NCBI GenBank assembly: GCA_048938895.1
Contig: JBHLLU010000033.1
Coordinates: 1-45,015, forward strand
Length of the DNA stretch: 45,015 nt
Direction: 5' to 3'
Source of the DNA: Promethearchaeota archaeon
Lineage (GTDB): Archaea; Asgardarchaeota; Lokiarchaeia; Sigyniarchaeales; SOKP01
Part shown: piece after piece, positions 17,198 through 27,789 of the stretch
Position numbering within the stretch: position 1 is the first letter of the stretch
Layout: the number at the start of each line of letters is the position of its first letter
Position numbers and translations under genes: made by a program
Notes under the pieces: generated by a model
Databases searched by the model: none
Told to the model about the DNA's origin: nothing
What the model saw: only the letters and a program-made list of their open reading frames with translations

Positions 17198-20143
17198 TTG
17201 CCAAGTTCAAGAAAAGGGAGAAATAAGGAAGCGGAAGATAAAACCCAAACTTCATTATTTTCATTTGTAGAGGAAGATAAGGAGAAAAAAGAATCCAAAG
17301 AGGAACCTAAGAAAGTGGAAATGAAGAAGGTGAAAGAAGAAAAGTCATTGGAATCATTAACAAAAGCTAAAGAAGATAAACCAATGAAAACACCACCTAA
17401 GGAAAGTTCAATTACAAATGAGATATGTCAAATATCCTTCTTCAAAGAAAATAAAGAGCCATTTGGATTAAGGAAAACAGATGTAGAATTAGAAAAAGTA
17501 CTTAGAGAAGGAGTGACCTCTAAATATATTCGTTATTTGATGAAGAAGGGGGAAATAGTGGAGAACTTAGACAGAGGATTATTGCTAGATGTTGATTATG
17601 ATGGTGGACAAAACAAGGCGTTCTGCAAGTTTTATGATTTAGATTCTGAAGAAATAAAGATTTGGATTGATACTACAGGTCATGAACCTTATTGTTTAAG
17701 TAAAGAGCCTATATCCGAGTTAGAGAGCTTATCCTTTACTGATAAAAATAAAGTGAAAAAGAAATTAACAAATTATGAAGGTTTTAACAGATTTGAAGAA
17801 ATTAAGCGTTTTGATCTTCTGAAGGATGAAGAAATCGAAATGACTAAGATCTATGGGAAAACTCCAACGAACATTGGAGGTTCGGGGATAAATATTCGAA
17901 ATATTTTAAGTGAAAATGAAAAAAAGGCCTGGGAAGCAGATATTCGATACCATCTAAATTATATATTTGATACTCAAATAATCCCAGGGTTAATTTATTC
18001 TATAGAAAATGGAAATCTTAAAAAAATAAACTTCGAGAAATCTGATGAATCTACTAAAAAGATGGCTGGTGAATTACGAACTCTATTTCAAAATGAAGCA
18101 CCAGAAGTTCAAGAATTTTCTGAGAAATTTCTAGATATCTTTATTACACCTATCCCCGATGTCAAAAGGGTGGCAATGGATATCGAAGTTAAAATAGGTG
18201 AACGGGATTATAAAATTCCTGATCCCCACTTAGCCCAGCAAGAAGTTATAAGTGTATCATTTGTGGCTAGTGATGGATTACAAGAGGTGCTTATGCTTGA
18301 GCGAGAAGAATATTCCTACGACAAGCTTTATGAAGAGTTTCCCTCAGATGCAAGGGTAATTCTCTTTGAATCTGAAAAAGATTTAATAACGGAGACATTT
18401 CGGCTTTTGTGGCAATATCCAGTCGTCATAACTTTTAACGGAGACAATTTTGACTTAAACTATTTATTTCATAGGGCGCAAAAGTTAAAGATTAATAAAA
18501 ATTTAAATCCTATTCATGTCAAAAGGGGATTTGGAATCCTGTCAAAAGCGGAATGCGATTTAAGAAGAGGAATTCATATAGATGTATTTAATTTGTTCTT
18601 TAATCGTAGTATTTCAGGCTATGCATTTGGAGGTGTATATGAGAGTGCTTCACTAAATGCTATTAGTGCTGCGTTATTAGGTGAAGAAAAATATCAGCAT
18701 GAAGAAATTATCCATGAAATGGAATTTGACAAGCTCTCTTGGTATAATCTAAAAGATTCCATTTTAACACTAGACTTAACAAGGTTTAACAATTCGCTTG
18801 TATGGAATTTAATAATACTACTTTGTCGAATAACAAAGATGCCTGTTCATGATATGGTTCGACGACAAATTTCGACTTGGATCCAAAATATTTTTTATTT
18901 TGAACATCGTAGAAAAGAATATCTAATTCCTCGTAGATCTGAAATAGCCGAATTAAAAAGAGGAGGTATTCTGTCATCTAAAGCAGGAGATGACAAGTTT
19001 ATGGGTGCTTACGTAATACCCCCGGTTCCTGGAATTCATTATGATGTAGTAGTAATGGATTTTGCATCACTATATCCCTCAATAATTAAGGAATATAATC
19101 TTTCATATGAAACTGTATTATGTCCTCATAAAGATGATGAAGATAATCTGGTGAAAGGAACTCCTTATCATATATGTACCCAGAAAATGGGTATCTTTGC
19201 TTATGTGGTAGGTTTTTTCCGTGATATTAGAGTTAAATATTTTAAACCGAAATCTGGAGACAAAAGCTTATCAGAAAAACAACGTAGTTATTACCAGACG
19301 ATTCAACAAGCTCTAAAAGTATTTATTAACGGCTCCTATGGTGTTTTTGGGTCACAAAACTTTCCACTTTTTTGTTTACCTGTAGCAGAAAGCACAACCG
19401 GAATCGGTCAATATTCCATAAAACAAACGATTAAAAAAGCTGAAGAATTGGGAGTGGAAGTTTTGTACGGAGATACTGATTCAGTTTTTCTTAAAAATCC
19501 AACAAAAGATCAAATGAAAGAAATCTCTGATTGGAGTAAGAAGGAACTCGATTTAGATTTAGAAGAAGAAAAAACTTATCAATTCTTAGCTCTCTCAGAT
19601 AGAAAGAAAAATTATATTGGTATTTACAAGGATACGAAATATACAGATATTAAAGGATTGGTAGCTAAAAAGAAAAACACACCCGAATTTATTAAAAAAG
19701 TATTCAGTGACTTGATTGAGATCTTAAAAAACATTACAAATGACGAGGAATTTACTAAAGCTCGTAATCAAATTATAGAAATAGTTAAAACTAACCTTAG
19801 AAAAATCGGAAAACCAAACACGTTCACGTTAGAGGATTATGCAATAAACATAGGACTCCAAAAAGATTTAAAAAACTATACAAAAGTGATTCCTCAGCAT
19901 GTGAGGGCTGCGATTGAACTAAAAGAAGCTACAGGTAAAGTGTATCAAAAGGGAGAAACAATTAGTTTTATAAAGAGTAAAGGACCAATAGGAGCAAAAG
20001 CAATTGAATTAGCTAAACTTCAAGATATAGATACCAAAAAATACAAGGAACTGTTAACTTCTGCTCTAGAACAAGTTTTTGATGCTCTTGGTATTACTTT
20101 CGAAGAAATTAAGGGAATTAAAAAGATGGATGCATTTTTCTGA
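17198..20143 (+). CDS. polB1: family B DNA polymerase, PolB1 type
   Basis: Exo DIE, FNGDNFD and YNLKD; Pol DFASLYPSII, KVFINGSYG and YGDTDS; GHEPYC and WEADIRY B1-type N-terminal motifs. Confidence 0.95.
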   Translation: MPSSRKGRNKEAEDKTQTSLFSFVEEDKEKKESKEEPKKVEMKKVKEEKSLESLTKAKEDKPMKTPPKESSITNEICQISFFKENKEPFGLRKTDVELEKVLREGVTSKYIRYLMKKGEIVENLDRGLLLDVDYDGGQNKAFCKFYDLDSEEIKIWIDTTGHEPYCLSKEPISELESLSFTDKNKVKKKLTNYEGFNRFEEIKRFDLLKDEEIEMTKIYGKTPTNIGGSGINIRNILSENEKKAWEADIRYHLNYIFDTQIIPGLIYSIENGNLKKINFEKSDESTKKMAGELRTLFQNEAPEVQEFSEKFLDIFITPIPDVKRVAMDIEVKIGERDYKIPDPHLAQQEVISVSFVASDGLQEVLMLEREEYSYDKLYEEFPSDARVILFESEKDLITETFRLLWQYPVVITFNGDNFDLNYLFHRAQKLKINKNLNPIHVKRGFGILSKAECDLRRGIHIDVFNLFFNRSISGYAFGGVYESASLNAISAALLGEEKYQHEEIIHEMEFDKLSWYNLKDSILTLDLTRFNNSLVWNLIILLCRITKMPVHDMVRRQISTWIQNIFYFEHRRKEYLIPRRSEIAELKRGGILSSKAGDDKFMGAYVIPPVPGIHYDVVVMDFASLYPSIIKEYNLSYETVLCPHKDDEDNLVKGTPYHICTQKMGIFAYVVGFFRDIRVKYFKPKSGDKSLSEKQRSYYQTIQQALKVFINGSYGVFGSQNFPLFCLPVAESTTGIGQYSIKQTIKKAEELGVEVLYGDTDSVFLKNPTKDQMKEISDWSKKELDLDLEEEKTYQFLALSDRKKNYIGIYKDTKYTDIKGLVAKKKNTPEFIKKVFSDLIEILKNITNDEEFTKARNQIIEIVKTNLRKIGKPNTFTLEDYAINIGLQKDLKNYTKVIPQHVRAAIELKEATGKVYQKGETISFIKSKGPIGAKAIELAKLQDIDTKKYKELLTSALEQVFDALGITFEEIKGIKKMDAFF

Positions 20144-20187
20144 CGTACTTAAATAAAAAAAAGAATAAAAGATTGGTTACAAGTTAG

Positions 20188-20601
20188 TTACTTCTTGCTG
20201 AATTCCTTTGGATTCCCACCACTTTCAATGAATTCTGCATATTTCTTTAGGCTTTTTAAAAGCATTTCTCCTGCCATTCCAAGGATAGGTTCTTGACTTG
20301 CGTCGTCAAATTCTGCCCATATTTTGGCTTCGACAATGTCACCTTTTGGTTTCAAAACATATCCTAAACTTGTCATTGGGCTCCCTTCCTGTGTTGCAGC
20401 TAAACTCTCAGGAGCATTGGTTTCTAACCGAGTGGAGGTTATATCTCCAACGTTCGTTTTAAAGAAATAATTTCCTGGACCTAGTTCTTTTGCTTCATTT
20501 ACAACTATATTCCATCGAGGATAATCATTGTCGTTATCAATTATTTCAAATATTTTTTCTTGGGATGCAGAAATATCTATTGTTCTTTCAACTCGTGGCA
20601 T
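20188..20601 (-). CDS. SRPBCC/START-fold protein
   Basis: VERTIDISASQEKIFEII..YPRWN typical SRPBCC N-terminus; C-terminal helix LKSLKKYAE. Confidence 0.8.
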   Translation of the reverse strand: MPRVERTIDISASQEKIFEIIDNDNDYPRWNIVVNEAKELGPGNYFFKTNVGDITSTRLETNAPESLAATQEGSPMTSLGYVLKPKGDIVEAKIWAEFDDASQEPILGMAGEMLLKSLKKYAEFIESGGNPKEFSKK

Positions 20602-20702
20602 AAATTAACACCTCATGAATTTCATTTCAAAAATAATCGCATTGAAGCGATAAATATCTTTAGAACAATATACTTTATAAAACTTTATTATTTTTGAAAA
20701 AG

Positions 20703-21788
20703 TTATATTAGAAGATAATACAATATTCCCATTACTAAGGCACATAAAATGGGATTTAAAATGTTATCATCTATCTCATGATTGAAAACATCTACAAAGA
20801 AGAACACAAGAGCCCCACTGAAAGATATGAATATAATCTCAATAATTTTCAACAAATGTTCAAAAGCCCAAAGAGAAACGAATACAATAAAAAACGAAAC
20901 TAAAAACCCAGAGATATATCCTATTAGTGTTTTATTTGAGGATTTTGGAATATGTAACTTCCCAAATCTGAGCCCTATTATCGAAGCAGCGCCATCACCT
21001 AGAGTAGCTATAAGTGCAACCGCAGTAAATATACTGAAAGGAAGAAACAATATGGGGACAAGTGATAAAACCAATGCAACCGGTTTCGTAAACTCATAGA
21101 TCTCGTTTTTCTTTAGTGTTTTCCCCAGTGTATTAGAAATACAATTAGGAAGTAAATGATAAATGTTTCCATTAGTAAAAATATGGGATAACCTCACGTA
21201 GTCTAAACCAGCAAATAAAATCACTCCTGTATAACCAACGGTAACTATTAAAAACATACTATATTCAACTCCTGAAATTCCCCAAAATATATCCGCACCC
21301 CAAATATCACCCCAAATAGTAATAGCGAAAAACCTTAAAAAGAGTATAATTAATGCGGGTAATAAGTGAAAAGCTTTTCTGTGAAAATCAGTTTTTAAGG
21401 CTAACTTTCTATTATTGAGATGTTCTATATCCAATAAATGAAATTGTTCTAAGAAGTTTCCAATTGTTCTTTTTTCTCTTAGACTTGGATCTTTTTTCAA
21501 TACAAATTGATATTGATAATACAAGATAACCAAAATCAATAACGGTGCGTATAGGCAAATTATTTGAAAAGCAAGTCCTTGAAACCATCTGTATTGACTT
21601 GTATCCCTTACAAAAAACAATGGAAAAACAATACCTGCTATAATCCACAATATAACTATTATAATTGAATTTAACAAACTATGGTTTTCAGGATATTTTC
21701 GTTTTAATTTAATGGCATAATATAAATGAATTAAGCCGTTTCCAATATAGAAAAATGTAATTGGTAGCGTAAACCCATTAAAAACCAT
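20703..21788 (-). CDS. CTP-dependent isoprenoid/lipid kinase-like membrane protein (dolichol/phytol/Dgk1 kinase family)
   Basis: RKAFH, GDGAASIIGLRFG..KTLIG and IDDN motifs; multi-TM. Confidence 0.8.
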   Translation of the reverse strand: MVFNGFTLPITFFYIGNGLIHLYYAIKLKRKYPENHSLLNSIIIVILWIIAGIVFPLFFVRDTSQYRWFQGLAFQIICLYAPLLILVILYYQYQFVLKKDPSLREKRTIGNFLEQFHLLDIEHLNNRKLALKTDFHRKAFHLLPALIILFLRFFAITIWGDIWGADIFWGISGVEYSMFLIVTVGYTGVILFAGLDYVRLSHIFTNGNIYHLLPNCISNTLGKTLKKNEIYEFTKPVALVLSLVPILFLPFSIFTAVALIATLGDGAASIIGLRFGKLHIPKSSNKTLIGYISGFLVSFFIVFVSLWAFEHLLKIIEIIFISFSGALVFFFVDVFNHEIDDNILNPILCALVMGILYYLLI

Positions 21789-21846
21789 AATTTAACTAAA
21801 TAAAGATTGTAAAAATAAGTTATGAAATAAAAAAAAATAAAAATTT

Positions 21847-23124
21847 TTATTTAATTTCAGAGAGTTCCACACCTTTAGTTTCTTTTAAAAAGAAGTAAGC
21901 AATTGGGATAACAAATAAATGTGCCATTACAAAAATTATAAAAGTTGTACCTAAACCCACAAATAAAATAACTACGGCACTTAACAGTAATCCTATTGTA
22001 CCTCCAATTCCTCCAATTAGACTTCTAAACCCAATACCTGTTCCTCTTCTATCTGTTGGCAACATTTCAATCGTAATCAACCTAATAATCCCAATAGCAC
22101 CCCACGTGGAAATATGAGTCAAGGAATATCCTAATAATACGATGTAAAACGCGTTATTGGAATTATGAGCACCAAATACCCATATCAGTACAGATACTGG
22201 TGCAAGAAATGACCAGAGATATAATAATGGCTTTCTTCCGATTCGATCCGCGAGAGTACCATTAATTGTATAAGCAATAATCACTGCGAAAATCACCAAA
22301 AAGAATACCATAGTAACCTGATCTTGAGTCAAAGTACCTACATCACTCATATATTTTTCAAATAAACCAACATATATTCCCGAAATTCCACGGAGAAAGA
22401 CAATTAATAATAGGAATGTATATGGTTTACGACTCTCTGTTTTAAAAATTGATAAAACATCTTCTTTGAAAGATCTTGATTCAATAGTACCACTTTCTTT
22501 CATCTTTTGATATCTTGAGGTTTCCTTGAGCGTAAAGTAAATTACAACACATAAGGGGAATCCTAATATCATAGGAAAAAACGTCATACCCTGCCAAAAG
22601 GACTCGGTCTCACTTATGAAAATAAAACGAGATATAACCATAATTATTGGACCTATTAATCCTGCCATTAAAATTATATTCGAGAAAAAAGCTCGCTTGT
22701 TAGGATTTACTTCCTCATTAATATAGATTAGCCAAATATCACTGCTAAAGAAAAACGATAAAAAGAACACAAATAGCATATACATTATATAACTAGTTGA
22801 TAAAAACATTCCGAATGCCGCAAGTGCCATTCCTAATACCGTGATACTAAGCATTTTTTTTCTGCCAAGCTTATCAGAAAGATAATGGCTGAAAAATAGG
22901 AAATACATCCCAATTGAAACCGCACCACTAGCAAAAGCCATAATAGAATTTTGAACATTTTCAGATTTTCCACTCAAAAAAGTTTCGGCTATAGCTGAAG
23001 GAATTGCCCCAGGGAAGACTGTCGCATAAGAATCAAGGATTTGAACAAGCATCAATATAAAAATCATGTACAAAAAATATTTTCTAGTTCTTCCCGTACT
23101 CTTTTCATTACTAATTTCAGACAT
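21847..23124 (-). CDS. MFS transporter
   Basis: LSDKLGRK and LADRIGRK motif A; about 12 TM; ETKG C-terminus. Confidence 0.92.
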   Translation of the reverse strand: MSEISNEKSTGRTRKYFLYMIFILMLVQILDSYATVFPGAIPSAIAETFLSGKSENVQNSIMAFASGAVSIGMYFLFFSHYLSDKLGRKKMLSITVLGMALAAFGMFLSTSYIMYMLFVFFLSFFFSSDIWLIYINEEVNPNKRAFFSNIILMAGLIGPIIMVISRFIFISETESFWQGMTFFPMILGFPLCVVIYFTLKETSRYQKMKESGTIESRSFKEDVLSIFKTESRKPYTFLLLIVFLRGISGIYVGLFEKYMSDVGTLTQDQVTMVFFLVIFAVIIAYTINGTLADRIGRKPLLYLWSFLAPVSVLIWVFGAHNSNNAFYIVLLGYSLTHISTWGAIGIIRLITIEMLPTDRRGTGIGFRSLIGGIGGTIGLLLSAVVILFVGLGTTFIIFVMAHLFVIPIAYFFLKETKGVELSEIK

Positions 23125-23244
23125 AATTTCAACTTTAATTTTAAGATCTTAAATTTTAAATTAAAAACTAGTTCTACCTCTGAATATTTAAAAGTTAATC
23201 TCTAATTTAGCTAATCTCTTTAATAATGAAATTTTCTAAAGGAA

Positions 23245-23451
23245 TTACGTGACAAATTTGATAATTAAAATAACTCCGATAATAATTATTACAATTGAAA
23301 TTATTATAACAATTGACATTCCCATAGGCTTTAGTTGAGCAATCCAAACATCCCACTGTGTTATTGCAAGAGATATCAACATGATGCTAAAAGCAATCAT
23401 AAATAATCCAATCCCAATCATAGCAAAACTAGATCTTGTGGAATCCTTCAC
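23245..23451 (-). CDS. small two-TM membrane protein
   Basis: 68 aa with two hydrophobic segments; GGATGT upstream. Confidence 0.6.
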   Translation of the reverse strand: MKDSTRSSFAMIGIGLFMIAFSIMLISLAITQWDVWIAQLKPMGMSIVIIISIVIIIIGVILIIKFVT

Positions 23452-23690
23452 AATTTTTCACATCCTTTAGTAATATTAGATTTACAAAATAATAAAACTA
23501 ATCTCTCCTACAACACAGAAAAATTTTGAATTTCAAGGGGATTATTTCGTATTACTTATTTTTTATACTTGTTAACAGTTGAAACTGAATCTAGTAAAAT
23601 AAAATGAAAAATAGGAAATATAATCATAGAAATTGTGAAAAAATACAATAAAAATTAAGTTATTAAAATAATAAAAGATAGAAAGAAAGC

Positions 23691-23978
23691 TTATAATCCT
23701 GTTAACAAGATATCATCAATTGCTTTATGGACTTTTTTCATATTTTCTTCTCCAATGGCTTCGTCAACCTTCACCTTAAGGTTTAATAAAGCACCAAATC
23801 CCGAGACTAACGTATTCTGTAGAAAATCATTGAAGATACTTTTGTCGGCATTCTTGTTCTTGAACTCTTCTACTCGCTCCAGCATTACTTTTTCATATTC
23901 TTCAGCTGTGGTGGTTTTTAGCTCTACTAATTTGCGGATCTTTTTCCCGTCCTGGTCTTCGACAAATTCTTCAGACAT
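23691..23978 (-). CDS. hypothetical protein abutting tes
   Basis: 95 aa; ATG directly follows the tes stop (TAAATG). Confidence 0.7.
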   Translation of the reverse strand: MSEEFVEDQDGKKIRKLVELKTTTAEEYEKVMLERVEEFKNKNADKSIFNDFLQNTLVSGFGALLNLKVKVDEAIGEENMKKVHKAIDDILLTGL

Positions 23979-25715
23979 TTATCCATCACTCTCCTTCTTA
24001 ATTCCGCCATTGCGAGCCACTTCTGGTTCAACTTTTGCAGAAAGCTGTCCTGTAGTTGTATCAAACTCATTTCTTATCTTGGGTGTGATTTTCTTAGCAA
24101 TTTGCTTTTCAATCTCAGGTCTATGAATTGTATTCATTGTACAGAAGCTACACTCTCTGACGCTGCCATCTGGCATTGCAACTCCGAAATGCACAATACA
24201 TCTCTTCGTCCTTTCAAGATCCATATTGTAAGCATCTTGGAAATGCATAGAACTTAAGAGTAAAGTCCCATAGCTAAAGGAACTTATACTTTCCCAGTCT
24301 CCATTTATCAGCACTCTGCTGAACATTTCCATCAGTTTTCCTGGTTTCTTCGCATATTGTAAAACACCTAAGAGAAATCTTGCGCGTAACTGAGTTTTAT
24401 CAAGAAAATTTAAACCCTTATCAAGAGTAGCTCCAAAATCGCCTAATAGATTCTCAAAAAGTTTGATAGGTTGCTTTTCCTTATGTTTGATTTTCTCCCA
24501 AAATTTGTTCGCAAAATCAATAACCTTCAACGGGTCAAAATATTCCATAATTGGCATCATCTCGCCCGTATCAGGATCTATTGCCATATACGAGGCAAAG
24601 CCACAGTCAGGGTGACAGGTAAATTCGATTGGTTCAACATCGGCTAAGTAGGCAATGACCCTTCCTAGTTCCACAATCGTAGTCAAGGGATACCATGCAT
24701 TTTCCATGCTTATCCTTCCACCAGTTTGTTCTTCAATTTTTTTCAGAACATCAGCATTTGTGATGCGGAGCTCTTCCCTTTCTTCGAAAGCAATGCGTCC
24801 ACATAGAGAAACTGGCTGAAACGTGATTCCTCGTACTGTGTCTATATTATCAATAGCATATTGTATAATATTACCGACTTCGATATCAGTAACGCCTTTA
24901 GCGATTGTAGCAACAAGAACAACTGAGTTTAGTCCTGCTTTACGGCAATTATCTATAACTCTTTGCTTATATGACATAAGGTGTTTAATTCCACGTGTCT
25001 TTTCGTAGGTAGCATCATTAATTCCATCAAATTGAAAATATAGTGTGTCTAGACCCGCTTCTTTCACTTTTTTTGTCCATTCGAGCCCACTATTTTTCTT
25101 TTGAAAGCCATAACCATTAGTCGCAACAATTACTTCTTTGAATCCGTGATCTTTTGCCATCTTACAAATTTCAGGGAAATCTTTTCTAACTGTAGGTTCT
25201 CCTCCAGTAAACATAATGGCAACTGCAGGAATTGGTTTACTTCTAAAGTGGGTCATAATTCTATCGATTTCCTCTAAACTAGGCTCTACAAGATATCCAC
25301 TTTGCAAAACATTAGCATAGCAAAAGTTACAGTTGAAATTACATCGATTTGTTAAATCTATCAATGCCAATGAACAAGTTGAAATATGCTGTTCACAGAG
25401 TCCACAATTATATGGGCATCCTCTAGGGTCATCTCCCTTAAAGTCTGGAGGATTGGTTTCACCATCTTTATCAAATTTCCAAACAGTATCTCCACTACTA
25501 TTTTTTATTTCATAATGCGTCCATTTATAATACTTAGCAGAACTACTTAGCAAATCTCTGAAATCGCCATGGTCTTTACATGTTTTCCTCATCCAGATCT
25601 TATCGTTCTCTTCAAAAATCTCCGCTGAAATCGGTTGAAGACATTCTGGACATACGCTTCTCGTTTTACGATAATAAGGTTCGTTTACATATTCTTCATC
25701 GTCTAAGTGGTACAT
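23979..25715 (-). CDS. tes: tetraether lipid synthase (GDGT-macrocyclic archaeol synthase, MJ0619-like radical SAM enzyme)
   Basis: N-terminal SVCPEC..CKDHG metal domain, CPYNCGLCEQH, CNFNCNFC radical SAM motif, TCHPDCG and MHFQDAYNMDLER..RC..FC. Confidence 0.9.
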   Translation of the reverse strand: MYHLDDEEYVNEPYYRKTRSVCPECLQPISAEIFEENDKIWMRKTCKDHGDFRDLLSSSAKYYKWTHYEIKNSSGDTVWKFDKDGETNPPDFKGDDPRGCPYNCGLCEQHISTCSLALIDLTNRCNFNCNFCYANVLQSGYLVEPSLEEIDRIMTHFRSKPIPAVAIMFTGGEPTVRKDFPEICKMAKDHGFKEVIVATNGYGFQKKNSGLEWTKKVKEAGLDTLYFQFDGINDATYEKTRGIKHLMSYKQRVIDNCRKAGLNSVVLVATIAKGVTDIEVGNIIQYAIDNIDTVRGITFQPVSLCGRIAFEEREELRITNADVLKKIEEQTGGRISMENAWYPLTTIVELGRVIAYLADVEPIEFTCHPDCGFASYMAIDPDTGEMMPIMEYFDPLKVIDFANKFWEKIKHKEKQPIKLFENLLGDFGATLDKGLNFLDKTQLRARFLLGVLQYAKKPGKLMEMFSRVLINGDWESISSFSYGTLLLSSMHFQDAYNMDLERTKRCIVHFGVAMPDGSVRECSFCTMNTIHRPEIEKQIAKKITPKIRNEFDTTTGQLSAKVEPEVARNGGIKKESDG

Positions 25716-25764
25716 ATTTAGTTAACTCCAAATATTTTTTATTTATTAAAACATTTGTTTAATC

Positions 25765-25804
25765 AAAAGTAGAAATGCTACTATAAAAACATTTTTCTAC
25801 TTTT
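25765..25804. promoter_or_regulatory. 11-bp inverted repeat enclosing a TATA-like element upstream of tes
   Basis: AAAAGTAGAAA-N18-TTTCTACTTTT; minus-strand TTTTTATA lies in the spacer. Confidence 0.45.
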
Positions 25805-26001
25805 CCTATTATTCCGAATATTATTTGTAAATAAACTTAAAAAATGCAGTTTCCCCCATTCTACTGTTATTTTTTGAGAATTATAGATCATAACACATCT
25901 TAATTTTGTGATGTTTGTCTTTATAACCATCAAAACTACCTGATGAACTTGGTACTATAAACAAAATTAAAAAAATCGAATTTGAAAAATTATGGGTTCA
26001 A

Positions 26002-27789
26002 TTATTTAATTTTAATTGCTCGCTTCCTTTGATAGAGAAGCATTAATACGACTCCGACAACTCCTATTGATGATAATACGACAATGATTACCGTGAGAGG
26101 AAATATTTCCGTCGGTTTTTCACTGTCTTTATCTAAAGTATTAGGATCTACAGCGAGATATGTTTCAAACAGTTTATCTTCATATCCAAGAGCAGAGATG
26201 AATATTTTAAGTAGAATTGGATCTTCTCCTGGCACTACAGTTATTGGTGTCAAAGACACAAAATATAATCCATTTCCCAAATTTTGAACACTATTAGACA
26301 CATCAGTCCCATTCCACCACATCTGAATTGCTGCAAAATCTATTTTTTCATTAAATCCATTATAGATATAAAAAGTAATGTTAAAGCTTTCTTTCGAGAA
26401 TATTTGATCAAAAATTTCAAGAGATAAAAAATTTATATCAAAGCCATCTTCCCAAATTGGGAAATTATCTTGACTCTCTCCAGTACCAGAAATAAAGTAT
26501 GGGATATCTCCAATTCCATCATCGTTTGCGTCTTTACCATCATAATCAATCCAATAATTTCCTATGGTTCCATTATCCCATTGATTATTTCCATTATCTC
26601 TAGCATTATATTGATTTATAAAAGTATTTAAATAAATGAGATTATTAACACATACCCCATAATGGTCGCTAACAAATACCCCATATTGGTCGTTAAAATA
26701 TATAGCATTTTCTAAGATAGTATTATTATCGCAATAATATTCTAAATATATCCCGTCTTGGTTGTTAGCATTTACCATGTTTCTCGAAACTACGTTATTA
26801 TCACAGTGCTCTTTTAAATATATCCCGTATTCATTATTATTTGCAGTATTCCCTATCAAAATATTATTAATGCAATTTACATATACAAATATCCCACTGT
26901 AGCAGTCGTTTAAAGTATTACTCGAGACGGTGTTGTTACCACAATTATTCCTTAAGAGTATCCCGGAATTAGTTTTGTTGTTACCATTTACGATGTTTCC
27001 CGAGACAACATTATTATTAGAATCCCATTCTAAGTAAATCTCTGGCCATCCTCCCGCGTTCGCATTATTATTATTGTTAACGGTGTTTCCCGTGATAATG
27101 TTATCACTACAATTATTAAGTAAATATATCCCAGTCTGGTCGTTATATTCTACAGTGTTTCCTAAGATAGTGTTATTATTACTATATCTTGAATATATAC
27201 CATAGTCCATATTATTATTTACTGTGTTTCCAAAGATATTATTATTATCACAATACCACCATAAATATATCCCATAATACTTATTGGTATTTGCAATATT
27301 TCCCGAGATAGTGTTGTTATTACATCCGTTATCTAAATGAATTCCATACCAGTTATTTGAACAATTATTACTTTTTAATGTGCCTCTGCTTGTATTTTCC
27401 AACATGATTCCAGTGCCCCCATTATAGGTCGTACAATTCTTAATGATAAAAAAATCATTTTTAGAATTATTGATAAAAATTCCATATCCTGTAGGTGAAT
27501 TAAGTAGATCAATTGTAACGTTTTCGATCGTATATGGATTTCCCCACGAACCATCACCACTACACCAATCGTAGGTAGTTTCGGTTTCTGACCAATTACC
27601 ATCAATATGTATAAAATTAATGTGCCAGTAACTCGATTGTATCGGTTTTTTTAAATTAGTCTCGTCTCGAATCTCAATGGTTCCATTATTATTCCCTTGG
27701 TAGTGTATAGAATAATTGCTGATGCTAAAAAAAGCAAAAACAACCCCCAAAGCTAATAAAATTATATTTATTTTGTTTTTAATTATCAT
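26002..27789 (-). CDS. cell-surface right-handed parallel beta-helix (NosD-like) protein
   Basis: N-terminal signal/TM, many GIYL..NN.I.GN repeats, GNYW..Y..D..DDGIGD.PY, C-terminal TM plus basic tail. Confidence 0.88.
   Translation of the reverse strand: MIIKNKINIILLALGVVFAFFSISNYSIHYQGNNNGTIEIRDETNLKKPIQSSYWHINFIHIDGNWSETETTYDWCSGDGSWGNPYTIENVTIDLLNSPTGYGIFINNSKNDFFIIKNCTTYNGGTGIMLENTSRGTLKSNNCSNNWYGIHLDNGCNNNTISGNIANTNKYYGIYLWWYCDNNNIFGNTVNNNMDYGIYSRYSNNNTILGNTVEYNDQTGIYLLNNCSDNIITGNTVNNNNNANAGGWPEIYLEWDSNNNVVSGNIVNGNNKTNSGILLRNNCGNNTVSSNTLNDCYSGIFVYVNCINNILIGNTANNNEYGIYLKEHCDNNVVSRNMVNANNQDGIYLEYYCDNNTILENAIYFNDQYGVFVSDHYGVCVNNLIYLNTFINQYNARDNGNNQWDNGTIGNYWIDYDGKDANDDGIGDIPYFISGTGESQDNFPIWEDGFDINFLSLEIFDQIFSKESFNITFYIYNGFNEKIDFAAIQMWWNGTDVSNSVQNLGNGLYFVSLTPITVVPGEDPILLKIFISALGYEDKLFETYLAVDPNTLDKDSEKPTEIFPLTVIIVVLSSIGVVGVVLMLLYQRKRAIKIK

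Noticed and set aside
23979-25715. MoaA or methanopterin dimethyltransferase annotation
   Set aside because: The motif set matches the MJ0619 family, since reassigned as tetraether synthase
26600-27400. Repetitive AT-rich DNA as a non-coding repeat array
   Set aside because: Explained by the Asn-rich beta-helix repeats of the encoded protein
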